Assembly: GCA_026709505.1 (NCBI GenBank)
Contig: JAPOSW010000005.1
Span: 3,214-67,213, forward strand
Origin: Gammaproteobacteria bacterium
GTDB lineage: Bacteria; Pseudomonadota; Gammaproteobacteria; Arenicellales; Poriferihabitantaceae
Reading direction: 5' to 3'
Length of the DNA stretch: 64,000 nucleotides
The first letter of the stretch is position 1. Each line of letters starts with the position of its first letter. Of this stretch, positions 20,223 to 30,525 are shown piece after piece. Position numbers and translations under genes: made by a program. Under the pieces are notes generated by a model. That model worked only from the letters and a program-made list of their open reading frames with translations, was not told the origin of the DNA and did no database searches.

Positions 20223-22844
20223 ATGAATACCGATGCCCCGATCACGGTTCATCTTTCCGACTACACCCCTCCGGCCTTCATCATTGAGCAATCCCGGCTG
20301 GTTTTCCAGCTGGGATTCGACTCAACCCGGGTTGAAGCCACACATCAAGTCCAGCGAAACTTCGGGGCTTCAGGCTCCCTGGAGCTGAATTACGATCATA
20401 TTGAACTGGCCAGCATCGAAATTGACGGTCATGAACTCGGCACTAGCGACTTTGAGAAGAAAGACAAACTGATGGTGATTCGGGATGTCCCGGATCGATT
20501 TCAACTGACGACCACCTGCCGAATTAGCCCGCAAGCCAACTCAGCGCTCGAAGGGCTGTACAGGTCTCGAAATATTCTCTGCACCCAATGCGAGGCAGAG
20601 GGTTTTCGAAGGATCACGCCCTCGATTGACCGGCCCGACGTGCTGACACGCTATCAGGTTCGCATCGAAGCGGCTAAAAGGGAATTTCCGGTCTTGCTCT
20701 GCAATGGCAACCTGACCGAACAGGGCGAACTTGATCAGGGCTGGCATTATGCCGAGTGGGAGGATCCATTTCCCAAGCCGACTTACCTGTTTGCCCTGGT
20801 TGCTGGACCATTGAATTGTCTTGAAGACAGTTTTACCACCATGAGCGGTCGCGAGGTTAGCTTGCGATTTTACGTAGAGGGCGATGGTGTTGATCAATGC
20901 CGCCATGCCATGCAGTCTCTCAAACAGGCAATGCAGTGGGATGAACAGGCATGGAATCGGGAGTATGACCTGGACTTGTACAATGTGGTTGCCGTTCGCG
21001 ACTTCAATATGGGCGCGATGGAAAACAAGAGCCTGAATGTCTTCAATACCACCTATGTACTCGCTGACCCAGCGTTTGCAACCGATTTCAATTTTCAGCT
21101 GGTCAGGGACATTATTGGGCACGAGTACTTCCACAACTGGTCCGGTAATCGAGTCACGTTGCGAGACTGGTTTCAGCTGAGCCTGAAAGAGGGATTTACC
21201 GTGTTTCGCGAACAGGAGTTCAGTGCTGACATGAGTTCCCGCGGGGTTCGGAGAATTGATGCGGTAGCCAACTTGAGAAATCACCAGTTCAACGAGGATG
21301 CGGGTGCCATGGCCCACCCTGTGCAACCCCAGTCCTATCAGCAGATCGACAACTTCTACACTGCTACCGTCTACGAGAAAGGTGCCGAAGTTGTCCGCAT
21401 GCTCCAGACTCTGGTAGGACACGATATATTTCGGCAGGGAGTTGACCTTTACTTCGAGATGCATGATGGAAAGGCAGTGACAATCAGTGAATTCGTCAAT
21501 GCCATTGAAAGCGCCAGCGGGCATGACTTGTCGCAGTTCATGCTCTGGTACAGCCAGGCTGGAACCCCGGTCGTGCAAGCGGAATACCAGTACCTGCCAT
21601 CTGAATCTGCGCTGGAACTCGCGCTTGCGCAAAGTTGTCCGGTAACCGCTGACGGTTTCGACAAGAAACCCTTCATGATCCCGGTCAAGGTAGCGCTGTT
21701 TGACGAAGACGGAGAAAAAAGACCGGCTAGCCCCGAGAATTCGGAAACTGTCCTGATACTGAGAGAACCACGGCAAACCTTTCGATTCGAAAATATTCCA
21801 AAGCCGGCTGTTCCGTCGTTGCTGAGAGGCTTCAGTGCGCCGGTAGAGATGCAGGCAAACCTGTCTGAGCAGCAACTGGCCTTGCTGCTGAACCATGATG
21901 ATGATCCCTTTGTGCGATGGGATTCTGGCCAGCAATTATTCGTCAATCAACTTCTTGATGACATTGCTGCCATGCAAGGCAAGGGCCAGACAAAAGACAG
22001 CTCTTTTCTGCATGAAAGGGTACGGGACTTAATCCGCAATCGAGACATAGATCATGAACTGCTCGCTGCCCTGATGACCCTGCCCTCCATCGACTATCTC
22101 GGCTGTCAAATGGAAAAGATCGACCCAATTGCCATACATGATGCCCGCAGCAACTTGCGAAAGAATCTCGCTGAACATTGCCGAGTCGATTTACAGGCTC
22201 GATATTATGAATGCACGGAAATCAATCATGGAGAGAACAATTCAAGGGAGATAGGAGCAAGGGTATTGCGGGATCAATGCCTGAACTACCTGGGCGAACT
22301 GAATGACCGCGACGTCTGGGACATGATTTCGGCACAGATATCCGATACACAGTGCATGACCGACAGCATCAATGCATACAGCATACTGATCCAAACCGAT
22401 CATCCTGACAAGACAAGCTACATTGAAGAATTTTATGAGCGCTGGAAGCATCAGCCTGAAGTCGTCGACAAGTGGTTTGCGATGCAGGCCGGTGCCACTC
22501 GGCCTTCTGCACTGCAGAAGATCGAAGAACTGACCAATCATCCTGGATTTGACTGGAAAAACCCCAATAATGTACGCGCCTTGATCGGCAGGCTTTGTCA
22601 TGGCAACCCCGTGGCCTTCCACAACAACGATGGTTCGGGGTATGCATTTGCCGCAGAATGGATTAGAAAACTGGATCCGGTCAACTCGAGCCTAAGCAGC
22701 AATATTGCACGATCATTCGAAAACTGGCGTAATTATCGAACCGATCTTGCCGAACTCATGCAAAAGACCCTGCTTGAAATCAAGAAAACTCCCAAGTTAT
22801 CCTCCAATACACTTGAAATTGTTGATAATTCGCTTAAACGCTAG
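20223..22844 (+). CDS. pepN: Aminopeptidase N (M1 family)
   Basis: GAMEN exopeptidase motif and HEYFHNWSGNRVT zinc-binding motif; 873 aa. Confidence 0.95.
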   Translation: MNTDAPITVHLSDYTPPAFIIEQSRLVFQLGFDSTRVEATHQVQRNFGASGSLELNYDHIELASIEIDGHELGTSDFEKKDKLMVIRDVPDRFQLTTTCRISPQANSALEGLYRSRNILCTQCEAEGFRRITPSIDRPDVLTRYQVRIEAAKREFPVLLCNGNLTEQGELDQGWHYAEWEDPFPKPTYLFALVAGPLNCLEDSFTTMSGREVSLRFYVEGDGVDQCRHAMQSLKQAMQWDEQAWNREYDLDLYNVVAVRDFNMGAMENKSLNVFNTTYVLADPAFATDFNFQLVRDIIGHEYFHNWSGNRVTLRDWFQLSLKEGFTVFREQEFSADMSSRGVRRIDAVANLRNHQFNEDAGAMAHPVQPQSYQQIDNFYTATVYEKGAEVVRMLQTLVGHDIFRQGVDLYFEMHDGKAVTISEFVNAIESASGHDLSQFMLWYSQAGTPVVQAEYQYLPSESALELALAQSCPVTADGFDKKPFMIPVKVALFDEDGEKRPASPENSETVLILREPRQTFRFENIPKPAVPSLLRGFSAPVEMQANLSEQQLALLLNHDDDPFVRWDSGQQLFVNQLLDDIAAMQGKGQTKDSSFLHERVRDLIRNRDIDHELLAALMTLPSIDYLGCQMEKIDPIAIHDARSNLRKNLAEHCRVDLQARYYECTEINHGENNSREIGARVLRDQCLNYLGELNDRDVWDMISAQISDTQCMTDSINAYSILIQTDHPDKTSYIEEFYERWKHQPEVVDKWFAMQAGATRPSALQKIEELTNHPGFDWKNPNNVRALIGRLCHGNPVAFHNNDGSGYAFAAEWIRKLDPVNSSLSSNIARSFENWRNYRTDLAELMQKTLLEIKKTPKLSSNTLEIVDNSLKR

Positions 22845-24172
22845 CCTGTTTCAGGTTTTGCGGAATTGTGACAGTCGCTCGTCTTTACCAGATGCTTCTC
22901 AACAAGTGCAAAAACCCGCTCTGCAGCCCCCTGATTGTTTTCAACAAAACGCTTTCCCTGGATGCCGTAATTCGTTCTCAAGGCAGGATCATTCAATAAT
23001 TTGCTCACGGTTTCAGCCAGTTCATTCGAATCCTGCACCTGCAATCCTGCACCTTGAGCGAGTATCTGGTCGGCTATTTTATGAAAATTGAACATGTGCG
23101 GTCCAAATATGACCGGGACTCCAACTGCTGATGCCTCTAGAACATTGTGGCCACCCACAGGCACGAGGCTACCGCCGATAAAGGCAACATCGGATGCGCA
23201 GATCAACATGGGCAACTCTCCCATTGTGTCGCCAATCATGATGCTGGTCTCATTGGACAACATATCCTTGAGACTTGTCTGAAGCATCGTCTTGAACCCG
23301 CTCTCAGCACACCTGTGCAAGACTTCATTCGATCGTTCCGGATGTCGGGGTACCAGAATCAGGAGTGCATCAGGACAGCTTTGCTGCATTTCGCTGTGGG
23401 CACTCAGTATTTGCTGCTCTTCCCCGGGATGCGTACTGCCGGCAATCCAGATGGGTCTCGGGGATTCCAGACGGTTCCTCAAATCCAATGCATTCTGCCT
23501 GGTCTCATTGCTGACAACCGTGTCAAACTTGATATTGCCCATGACAAGAACGGCCTCTTTTTCTGCACCCAGCTTGACAAGGCGTTCGGCATCCATTTGC
23601 GACTGTGCAGCGACTTGATTCACGTGCCCCAGGGATGTGGAAATCAGCTGTTTGAAAATACGGTATCCGCGATAGGATTTTTCAGACAATCGAGCATTCG
23701 CAAAGACAATAGGTATCTGCTTTTTTGCGCAAAATGCCAGATAGTTTGGCCAGATTTCCGTCTCCATGAATATTGCCATCATCGGTTTTGCGTGACTCAA
23801 GAACCGCTTTACCGAAACCGGATAATCGTAGGGAAGATAGCAATGGATTATCCTGTCTCCCAGGCAGCCGCTCGCTTGTCCGGCTCCGGTCGGGGTCATG
23901 GTTGTCAACACAATCATGAATTCCGGAAATTTTTCCCGGATTCTGTTGACCAGCGGTATTGCGGCATTGACCTCGCCGACCGAAACAGCATGAATCCAGA
24001 TTCGAGGCTGGTCCGCTTTGCCATGGACAAGGCGCGGGATTTTCAGTCCAAACCCGAAACGTTGCGGCAAGCGATCAAGATACTTTCTGTCTCTTGAGAT
24101 TCTGAGCAGCAATCTAAAGCACAGAATTGGACTCAGAAGGTACAAGGCAACACTGTAAAGAGCGCGGGTCAT
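22841..24172 (-). CDS. waaA: 3-deoxy-D-manno-octulosonic acid transferase
   Basis: The N-terminal TM segment and WIHAVSVGEV motif are typical of WaaA/KdtA, and the C-terminal half is GT-B like. Confidence 0.9.
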   Translation of the reverse strand: MTRALYSVALYLLSPILCFRLLLRISRDRKYLDRLPQRFGFGLKIPRLVHGKADQPRIWIHAVSVGEVNAAIPLVNRIREKFPEFMIVLTTMTPTGAGQASGCLGDRIIHCYLPYDYPVSVKRFLSHAKPMMAIFMETEIWPNYLAFCAKKQIPIVFANARLSEKSYRGYRIFKQLISTSLGHVNQVAAQSQMDAERLVKLGAEKEAVLVMGNIKFDTVVSNETRQNALDLRNRLESPRPIWIAGSTHPGEEQQILSAHSEMQQSCPDALLILVPRHPERSNEVLHRCAESGFKTMLQTSLKDMLSNETSIMIGDTMGELPMLICASDVAFIGGSLVPVGGHNVLEASAVGVPVIFGPHMFNFHKIADQILAQGAGLQVQDSNELAETVSKLLNDPALRTNYGIQGKRFVENNQGAAERVFALVEKHLVKTSDCHNSAKPETG

Positions 24173-24194
24173 GCAAGCGGTCAGGAATTCGAGA

Positions 24195-25121
24195 CTATTG
24201 TGCTTGCTCAGACAACCAGTCCCTGGCGATCAGATAGTATTCGGTCAGGCGTTCCTCCTCGCTGCCGGGTTCAGCTCGCCATTGATATTTCCACTGAACA
24301 TTGGGAGGCAATGACATCAATATCGATTCCGTTCTGCCACCGGATTGCAGCCCGAACAGAGTCCCTCGATCATAAACCAGGTTAAATTCCACATAACGAC
24401 CTCGCCGGTATCTTTGAAAATCCTGATGCGACGAATCCCACGGCAGGCCCTTTCTCCTCTCGAAAATCGGCATATACGCCTTGATGAAACTGTCTCCAAC
24501 AGATTTCATCAGGGCAAAGGAATGAGGGAATCCGCCAACATTGAAGTCATCAAAAAATATTCCGCCAATACCGCGCGCTTCCTTGCGATGCTTAAGATAG
24601 AAGTATTCATCGCACTGTTTCTTGAATTGGGGGTAGATGTCATCGCCGAATGGGCTGCATGCAGATTTTGCTGTCGCATGCCAATGTACACAATCATCCT
24701 TGAATCCGTAGTATGGGGTCAAATCATAGCCACCCCCAAACCACCATGTTGCTTGCTTTGGGTCATTTCCAGCCATAAGGAAACGAACATTCATATGGCA
24801 GGTCGGGACGAAAGGATTGACCGGATGGAGCACCAGGGACACACCCGTCGCCTCGAATGGCAGTCCGGCAACCGACTGTCGCTGCAATGTTGCTGAAGCA
24901 GGAAGTTCATTTCCTCGTACATGGGAAAAATTCACGCCGCCTTTCTCCATGCATTGTCCGTCCTGGATCACACGAGTAATACCGCCCCCGCCCTGCTCAT
25001 GCTCCCAGGAGTCAATTTCGAATTTCCTTCTCGGCTCTATAGAATTCAAGCGATCGCAAATACTGGTCTGCAAGTCCTTTAGATACTCGATAACGGATTC
25101 AATATCCGGGATACTGTCCAT
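24195..25121 (-). CDS. hemF: Oxygen-dependent coproporphyrinogen III oxidase
   Basis: HemF signature stretches are [21 protein letters not shown] and [31 protein letters not shown]. Confidence 0.95.
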   Translation of the reverse strand: MDSIPDIESVIEYLKDLQTSICDRLNSIEPRRKFEIDSWEHEQGGGGITRVIQDGQCMEKGGVNFSHVRGNELPASATLQRQSVAGLPFEATGVSLVLHPVNPFVPTCHMNVRFLMAGNDPKQATWWFGGGYDLTPYYGFKDDCVHWHATAKSACSPFGDDIYPQFKKQCDEYFYLKHRKEARGIGGIFFDDFNVGGFPHSFALMKSVGDSFIKAYMPIFERRKGLPWDSSHQDFQRYRRGRYVEFNLVYDRGTLFGLQSGGRTESILMSLPPNVQWKYQWRAEPGSEEERLTEYYLIARDWLSEQAQ

Positions 25122-25134
25122 GAACGGTCAACCC

Positions 25135-25689
25135 TTAAAACCGAATCGTGCCGCCGTCCAATCCATTGCGAATCACTGACGGGGTGCGGCACCGACCAAT
25201 TCGTCCCTTGACGACTCCATCAACATCATCCCTGAATTCATTCAATACCGTCTTTTGCAGGCGATGGGGCAACTGTGATGAACGATTTGCGCTGGTTGAC
25301 ACGATTGCCATATTGGCCTGTTGACAAAGCATTCGAACTACCGGGTGATCGGATACTCGGAGCGCAATGCTTTGATGATTGCCACGTACAAGCCTAGGAA
25401 CATTCTTCCGAGCCGGCAATAGCCAGGTCACAGGGCCCGGCCAGCTGGCCAGGATTTGATCTCGAGTAGCAGTCGGCAAACGAGTGAAATACCACTCGAA
25501 TCGTTTGACATGATCGCTAATCAGGATTAGCCCCTTGCTGAAATGACGCCTCTTGATGGACAGGATTCTCATGACAGCTTGCGCATCCATAGGATCGCAG
25601 CCCAGTCCATAACAGCCCTCTGTTGGATAGGCGATCACTCCGCCATGCCGAACAATTTCAGCCCCTTTTGCTATTGAAACGAGTTTCAA
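25135..25689 (-). CDS. tsaC: L-threonylcarbamoyladenylate synthase (YrdC/TsaC type)
   Basis: GGVIAYPTEGCYGLGCDP and TSANRS motifs; the TTG start overlaps the purE stop. Confidence 0.85.
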   Translation of the reverse strand: MKLVSIAKGAEIVRHGGVIAYPTEGCYGLGCDPMDAQAVMRILSIKRRHFSKGLILISDHVKRFEWYFTRLPTATRDQILASWPGPVTWLLPARKNVPRLVRGNHQSIALRVSDHPVVRMLCQQANMAIVSTSANRSSQLPHRLQKTVLNEFRDDVDGVVKGRIGRCRTPSVIRNGLDGGTIRF

Positions 25690-26216
25690 CGGCGATCGAT
25701 TTCTTGTTGCAGGGCCTGATCCTTGTCAGCGATTTCCCTGACGCTTTTCTCCCGTTGATCCCTCACGTTTTTGGCAATGTCGGGATTAGCCACGCCAATA
25801 ATCTGGGCAGCCAGAAATCCGGCATTTTTTGCTCCTGCCTTTCCGATCGCGACGCATGCGACCGGTATGCCGCCTGGCATCTGGACTGTAGAGAGCAAGG
25901 CATCATGGCCATTCAGCGGTCCACCCTCCATGGGCACTCCGATAACCGGACGTACGGTCAAGCTCGCAACTACCCCGCCAAGGTGAGCGGCAAGCCCAGC
26001 TGCTGAAATGAACACGGCGCAACCGCGTTCCTCCGCACTTTTGACTATATCGTGGGTTCTCTCTGGCGTGCGATGTGCCGATGTCACATGTGCTTCCCAG
26101 CTAACGCCCAGTTCATCCAAAACGTCAAAGGTCGATTTCATCACCGGCAGGTCTGAATCAGAACCCATGACTATGCAAACAAAAGTGTTGCTTGTATTTC
26201 CCAATTTATCCTCCAA
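25686..26216 (-). CDS. purE: N5-carboxyaminoimidazole ribonucleotide mutase
   Basis: IVMGSDSDLPVM, SAHRTP and GVPMEGG motifs. Confidence 0.9.
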   Translation of the reverse strand: MEDKLGNTSNTFVCIVMGSDSDLPVMKSTFDVLDELGVSWEAHVTSAHRTPERTHDIVKSAEERGCAVFISAAGLAAHLGGVVASLTVRPVIGVPMEGGPLNGHDALLSTVQMPGGIPVACVAIGKAGAKNAGFLAAQIIGVANPDIAKNVRDQREKSVREIADKDQALQQEIDRR

Positions 26217-26276
26217 ATGTCAATATGTCGAATTCGAAAAACGTTTTATGAATTATACGATTGAGCCACTATTGCT

Positions 26277-26666
26277 TCAATTCACTGGAATGGTTCCCAA
26301 TGAAGGTAAATGCTTCCCGTGCTTTTCAGTATGCGTTGGCATTCGATTAGCCGTATGGCCACGTATGTCAGATAAGCGAAGCTGCATGGATTGCCAACCC
26401 ATTTGATACCGTTCACATAATGGTACAGTTCCGGTTTGATCTTCCTTGATCGTCGTCAACCATTCGGATTTGGCATCCTCCTCCCTGAATATGTCACTAT
26501 ATTCTACCCTTTCTGCGCTACTTCCGATAGGCGCGGTAAACTTCTTATTCTCACTCAACGGTGGATCCAGATAAATGAGGTCAATACACTCGGAATTGAT
26601 GCTCCACAAGACATCCAGATTGTCCTTGCTGAATAGTGTCCGGTTCGGGACATTGCATTCGGTCAT
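26277..26666 (-). pseudogene. N6/N4 DNA methyltransferase remnant, frameshifted and 3'-truncated
   Basis: The N-terminus NRTLFSKDNLDVLWSINSECIDLIYLDPPLSENKKFTAPIGSS resembles the D12-class motif IV region, with DPPF/Y read here as DPPL. After ...MGWQSMQLRL the expected continuation RLIECQRILKSTGSIYLHWEPFQ* appears only in another frame. The gene then stops, and the rest of the catalytic domain is absent. Confidence 0.7.
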
Positions 26667-26670
26667 TTGG

Positions 26671-27489
26671 CTAACTTCTTGTAAGGCGGCTATTTGCCAT
26701 CCATTTTAGGACAATCCATTGCATCTGGCCAATGATGTCATTGTTGGGAAGATTATGGCGGCCTGAAAATTCGTTGACAAAGCGATGCAGGCGTTCTCTG
26801 CTCATGTGGTGATAGATGCCGTGATAACCCCTCCTGAAAGGAGGCCAGAAGGACTTGATACCGTTGGCATGCGCCATGCCGTCCGCATATTCACTGACAG
26901 GATGCTTTACGTTCTCATGCAGGCACTTAGTTGCGTTACAAGTTCTTGCATCATCGATACAGGCAGTAGCAGATTCTTCTGTGTTTTCGGTGACTAAGCC
27001 CAAGGCATCAGCATTGGTCTTATCGACTACCGAATCGGTGATTTCATTGGTTTCGCAGTCTTTAATGGCAACAACAGCAGTTCTAGCAACTACTCCGCGT
27101 CCAGTGTTCTTGGGAGCCTTGTGCTTGCCTCCCGTAAAGGCCTCATTAACCTCGACAGGGCACCGAGCATATAGCTTGACTTTATCTTCAAGGGTTTCGA
27201 GGATCCTGCGCATCAGCGTGCCAGTCTTAATCGAGAAATCGCTTTTGCAGGAACGGCATCGGAGAGGCTGGTTCCGTCGCTTTTCATCTGGTCTTGTGCA
27301 AATATCCCGTGATCCGCATTTGAGATGGACAACGGCGTTGCATAACCTAATCTGCTCTAACCCGTCTTCGGCTACCCTGTCATTGGGAAACCCGTCGATT
27401 ATCTGCATGAACAATAATCCGGTTCTGAAATGCCTGCCTAGTACTGAACTAGCCATCTTCCAATCTGTCATGTGAATAACAATAGGCAT
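26671..27489 (-). mobile_element. IS1595-family transposase-like ORF, apparently degenerate (no recognisable IS ends)
   Basis: A Zn-ribbon-like segment (KCGSRDICTRPDEKRRNQPLRCRSCKSDFSIKTGTLMRR) is followed by a DDE_Tnp_IS1595-like block: VEVNEAFTGGK ... ACIDDARTC ... HANGIKSFWPPFRRGYHGIYHHMSRERLHRFVNEFSGRHN. See the findings for the substituted catalytic positions. Confidence 0.7.
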
Positions 27490-27647
27490 GATTATCCACT
27501 ATAACGGCAAGATGCATCAACTTTGGCTTGATCACTTGATTCCAGAACAAAAATCCATTTCAAAAAATCTGGCCTTAAGCCAATCATTGGAGAGGGTATT
27601 TACAATAAGATCAGGCAGCTTGGATTGATGATGGCCAGAACATGTGC

Positions 27648-28940
27648 TCACAAGATGGATTGTTTTCGAGCGACAGCGCGATACCCAATATCGTCACGAT
27701 GCCAGCTTCCTTTCCACTTGATCGAAGACGCAGCCTCATACGCATCCCTCTTCGCTTCGACAATGCTATTTGCCAGTGCCGTGATGCAAAGCACTCGGCC
27801 TCCACTGGCCGTGACCTGTCCATCCACTAGCCTGGTGCCTGCATGAAAGACCTTGGCTTTTTTGTCAAATGCGTTATCAAGTCCGTGGATTCGGTGCCCC
27901 TTCGCATAATCGCCCGGATACCCCTGTGATGCCATAACGACCCCTAGAGCGCTTTGGTTAAACCATTCTGCTTGAGTCTCGCCAAGTCTGCCGGTCAATG
28001 CTGCCAGGCACAATGCCACCAGATCAGACTTCAAACGCATCATGATTACCTGCGATTCCGGATCGCCCATCCGGCAATTGAATTCGAGCACCTTGGGTGT
28101 GCCATCTTGAACCATGAGTCCTGCATACAGAAAGCCCGTATAGGAGATACCGTCCTCAACGAGTCCACTTATGGCGGGTTTGACAACCCGTTCAATCACG
28201 GCCTCATGCATTCGAGGGTCAATCACAGGTGCCGGAGAATAGGCTCCCATGCCACCCGTATTCGGACCCGTATCACCGTTATAGGCGGCCTTGTGATCCT
28301 GACTGGATGCCATGACCAGAAAATCCTGGTCATTCACCATGCATATGAAACTGGCTTCCTCGCCCTGCAGGAATTCTTCTATGACAATTTTCTCGCCCGC
28401 CCCATCAAAAACCTCACCCGAGAGCATCTCTCCAATGCATTGCTCAGCCTGATTCATATTCTGACAAATGACGACTCCCTTGCCGGCAGCCAGGCCATCT
28501 GCCTTGATTACCAAGGGAAAATCCTGATGCTCCAGATAGTCTCTGGCCTTCTTCAGATCAGAAAAAGATTCAAAACGCGCCGTCGGAATTTTGTGGCGGA
28601 CCATGAAATCCTTTGAAAACTCCTTTGAACCCTCCAGTCTGGCCGCCTTCTTGGTAGGCCCAAAACACAATATCCCGGCTTTGCTGAACTGATCAACAAT
28701 TCCCCCAACCAGGACATCTTCCGGTCCCACTATGACAAGATCGATCCGTTCTTCGACAGCAAATTTCAATAACCCCTCGAAATCCGATGGCTGCACGGGG
28801 ATATTTGCGATCTTTTCTTCCAAAGCTGTTCCAGCGTTGCCCGGAGCCACAAAAACCGTTGCGACATCAGGCGACAATGACGCCTTCCATGCCAAGGCAT
28901 GCTCTCTCCCGCCCGAACCGATGACAAGGACTTTCTTCAA
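27648..28940 (-). CDS. purD: Phosphoribosylamine-glycine ligase
   Basis: The N-terminus MKVLVIGSGGREHALAWK and an ATP-grasp core support the call; 430 aa. Confidence 0.95.
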   Translation of the reverse strand: MKKVLVIGSGGREHALAWKASLSPDVATVFVAPGNAGTALEEKIANIPVQPSDFEGLLKFAVEERIDLVIVGPEDVLVGGIVDQFSKAGILCFGPTKKAARLEGSKEFSKDFMVRHKIPTARFESFSDLKKARDYLEHQDFPLVIKADGLAAGKGVVICQNMNQAEQCIGEMLSGEVFDGAGEKIVIEEFLQGEEASFICMVNDQDFLVMASSQDHKAAYNGDTGPNTGGMGAYSPAPVIDPRMHEAVIERVVKPAISGLVEDGISYTGFLYAGLMVQDGTPKVLEFNCRMGDPESQVIMMRLKSDLVALCLAALTGRLGETQAEWFNQSALGVVMASQGYPGDYAKGHRIHGLDNAFDKKAKVFHAGTRLVDGQVTASGGRVLCITALANSIVEAKRDAYEAASSIKWKGSWHRDDIGYRAVARKQSIL

Positions 28941-28956
28941 CGCATATACCCGTCAA

Positions 28957-30525
28957 CTAATGTCTGAAATGCCGTGTGCCGGTAAAGATCATTGCTATAT
29001 CGTGCTCGTTTGCCGCTTTAATTACCTCACTGTCGCGCATCGACCCACCAGGCTGAATAATGGCCTTGATTCCGGATTTGGCCGCATTGTCAATCCCGTC
29101 GCGAAACGGGAAAAATGCATCGGATGACATTACCGCTCCATTTATGTCAAGGCCAGATTGCTCGGCCTTGATTCCAGCGATACGCGCAGAATTTACGCGA
29201 CTCATTTGTCCTGCACCAACCCCCAGAGTCATTAGGTTTGCAGCATAGACAATTGCGTTTGACTTGACAAATTTGGCGACTTTCCAGGCGAACAGCAAGT
29301 CCTGGTTTTCGTGCTTGGTTGGTGAGCGTTCCGTTGCACACTCGAATTTCTCAAAAAGCTGAATGTCTGGTGTCTGCATCAGCAATCCCCCACTGACTTT
29401 TTTCATGTCCATTTGTTGGTGCGAGCGGCCGACATTATGCAGATTTCCTAGCTGAAGTACGCGAATTGATGGCTTGGTCCTGAGAACTGCAATGGCATCG
29501 GAAGTGACGTCAGGCGCTGCAACGACTTCAACAAACTGTCGTTCAATGATGGCCGATGCGGTACCTCGATCAAGCTCGAAATTAAAGGCAATAATGCCTC
29601 CAAAAGCAGATTCGGGATCTGTCTGATAGGCCCGTTCATAGGCATTGCGAATCGACCGGGCTACGGCTACACCGCAAGGATTGGCGTGTTTTACAATCAC
29701 GCAAGCGGGATCTGCATCAAATTGCAGAACGCACTCGATCGCAGCATCCGCATCCGCAATATTGTTGTAAGACAATTCTTTTCCCTGCATGAGCCGGGCT
29801 GTCGAAACGCCAGGCACGGGATAGTTCGAGTCCACGTAAAAACCCGCCTTCTGATGTGGATTTTCTCCATATCGCAATGTCTGCTTCAGGTTATACCGGG
29901 ATCGCAAAACCGAGGGGAATAATGTCTCTGACCGAATTGAATCAACGGCCAGGTAATCCGTGACGGCCTGATCGTAACGACTTGTATGCCGAAACACTTT
30001 GGCGGCAAGCATTCGACGGAGATTTTCCGAAGTTTGCCCAGCATTCTCGCGCATCTCGAACATGACTTTTTCATAATCGGAAATATCCGTCACCACTGTG
30101 ACATGACGATGGTTTTTGGCTGCAGAGCGCAACATCGCCGGTCCGCCTATGTCGATATTTTCAATCGCAGTTTCGAATGTGCAGTCTGGCTTGGCTATGG
30201 TTTCTTCGAATGGATAGAGATTCACCACGACCAGGTCAATCTCGGAAATCATGCAGCGCTCCACCTCTTCTCGGTCCTCGTCTCTTCGCGACAGGATCCC
30301 ACCATGAATTTTCGGATGCAGGGTTTTGACGCGCCCGCCCATGATCTCGGAAAAGCCGGTATGCTCATCGACTCCGATGACCGGGATGTCATGTTGTTCG
30401 AGATGCGATTGCGTACCTCCCGTCGAGAGAATCTCAATATCCCGACTGACAAGAAACCGGGCAAATGGGATCAGTCCATCCTTGTCTGAAACACTAATTA
30501 AAGCCCGCTTAATTGGCTGGATCAT
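28957..30525 (-). CDS. purH: Bifunctional AICAR transformylase / IMP cyclohydrolase
   Basis: The N-terminus [12 protein letters not shown]...LSTGGT and C-terminus [10 protein letters not shown]...TGTRHFRH support the call; 522 aa. Confidence 0.95.
   Translation of the reverse strand: MIQPIKRALISVSDKDGLIPFARFLVSRDIEILSTGGTQSHLEQHDIPVIGVDEHTGFSEIMGGRVKTLHPKIHGGILSRRDEDREEVERCMISEIDLVVVNLYPFEETIAKPDCTFETAIENIDIGGPAMLRSAAKNHRHVTVVTDISDYEKVMFEMRENAGQTSENLRRMLAAKVFRHTSRYDQAVTDYLAVDSIRSETLFPSVLRSRYNLKQTLRYGENPHQKAGFYVDSNYPVPGVSTARLMQGKELSYNNIADADAAIECVLQFDADPACVIVKHANPCGVAVARSIRNAYERAYQTDPESAFGGIIAFNFELDRGTASAIIERQFVEVVAAPDVTSDAIAVLRTKPSIRVLQLGNLHNVGRSHQQMDMKKVSGGLLMQTPDIQLFEKFECATERSPTKHENQDLLFAWKVAKFVKSNAIVYAANLMTLGVGAGQMSRVNSARIAGIKAEQSGLDINGAVMSSDAFFPFRDGIDNAAKSGIKAIIQPGGSMRDSEVIKAANEHDIAMIFTGTRHFRH

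Noticed and set aside
20541-21935. 464-aa ORF on the minus strand
   Set aside because: It is entirely antisense to pepN, whose product has unambiguous M1 peptidase motifs. Its composition is Arg/Leu/Ser-rich, typical of a shadow frame. The same reasoning applies to 21449-21946.
23147-24097. 316-aa ORF on the plus strand
   Set aside because: It is antisense to waaA, which has clear family motifs. I recognise no motifs in this frame.
26855-27475. 206-aa ORF antisense to the IS1595-like transposase
   Set aside because: Its composition is Ser/Leu/Thr-rich and I recognise no domain, whereas the opposite strand carries the recognisable transposase pattern.
27954-28616. 220-aa ORF on the plus strand
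   Set aside because: It is antisense to purD and is a shadow ORF.
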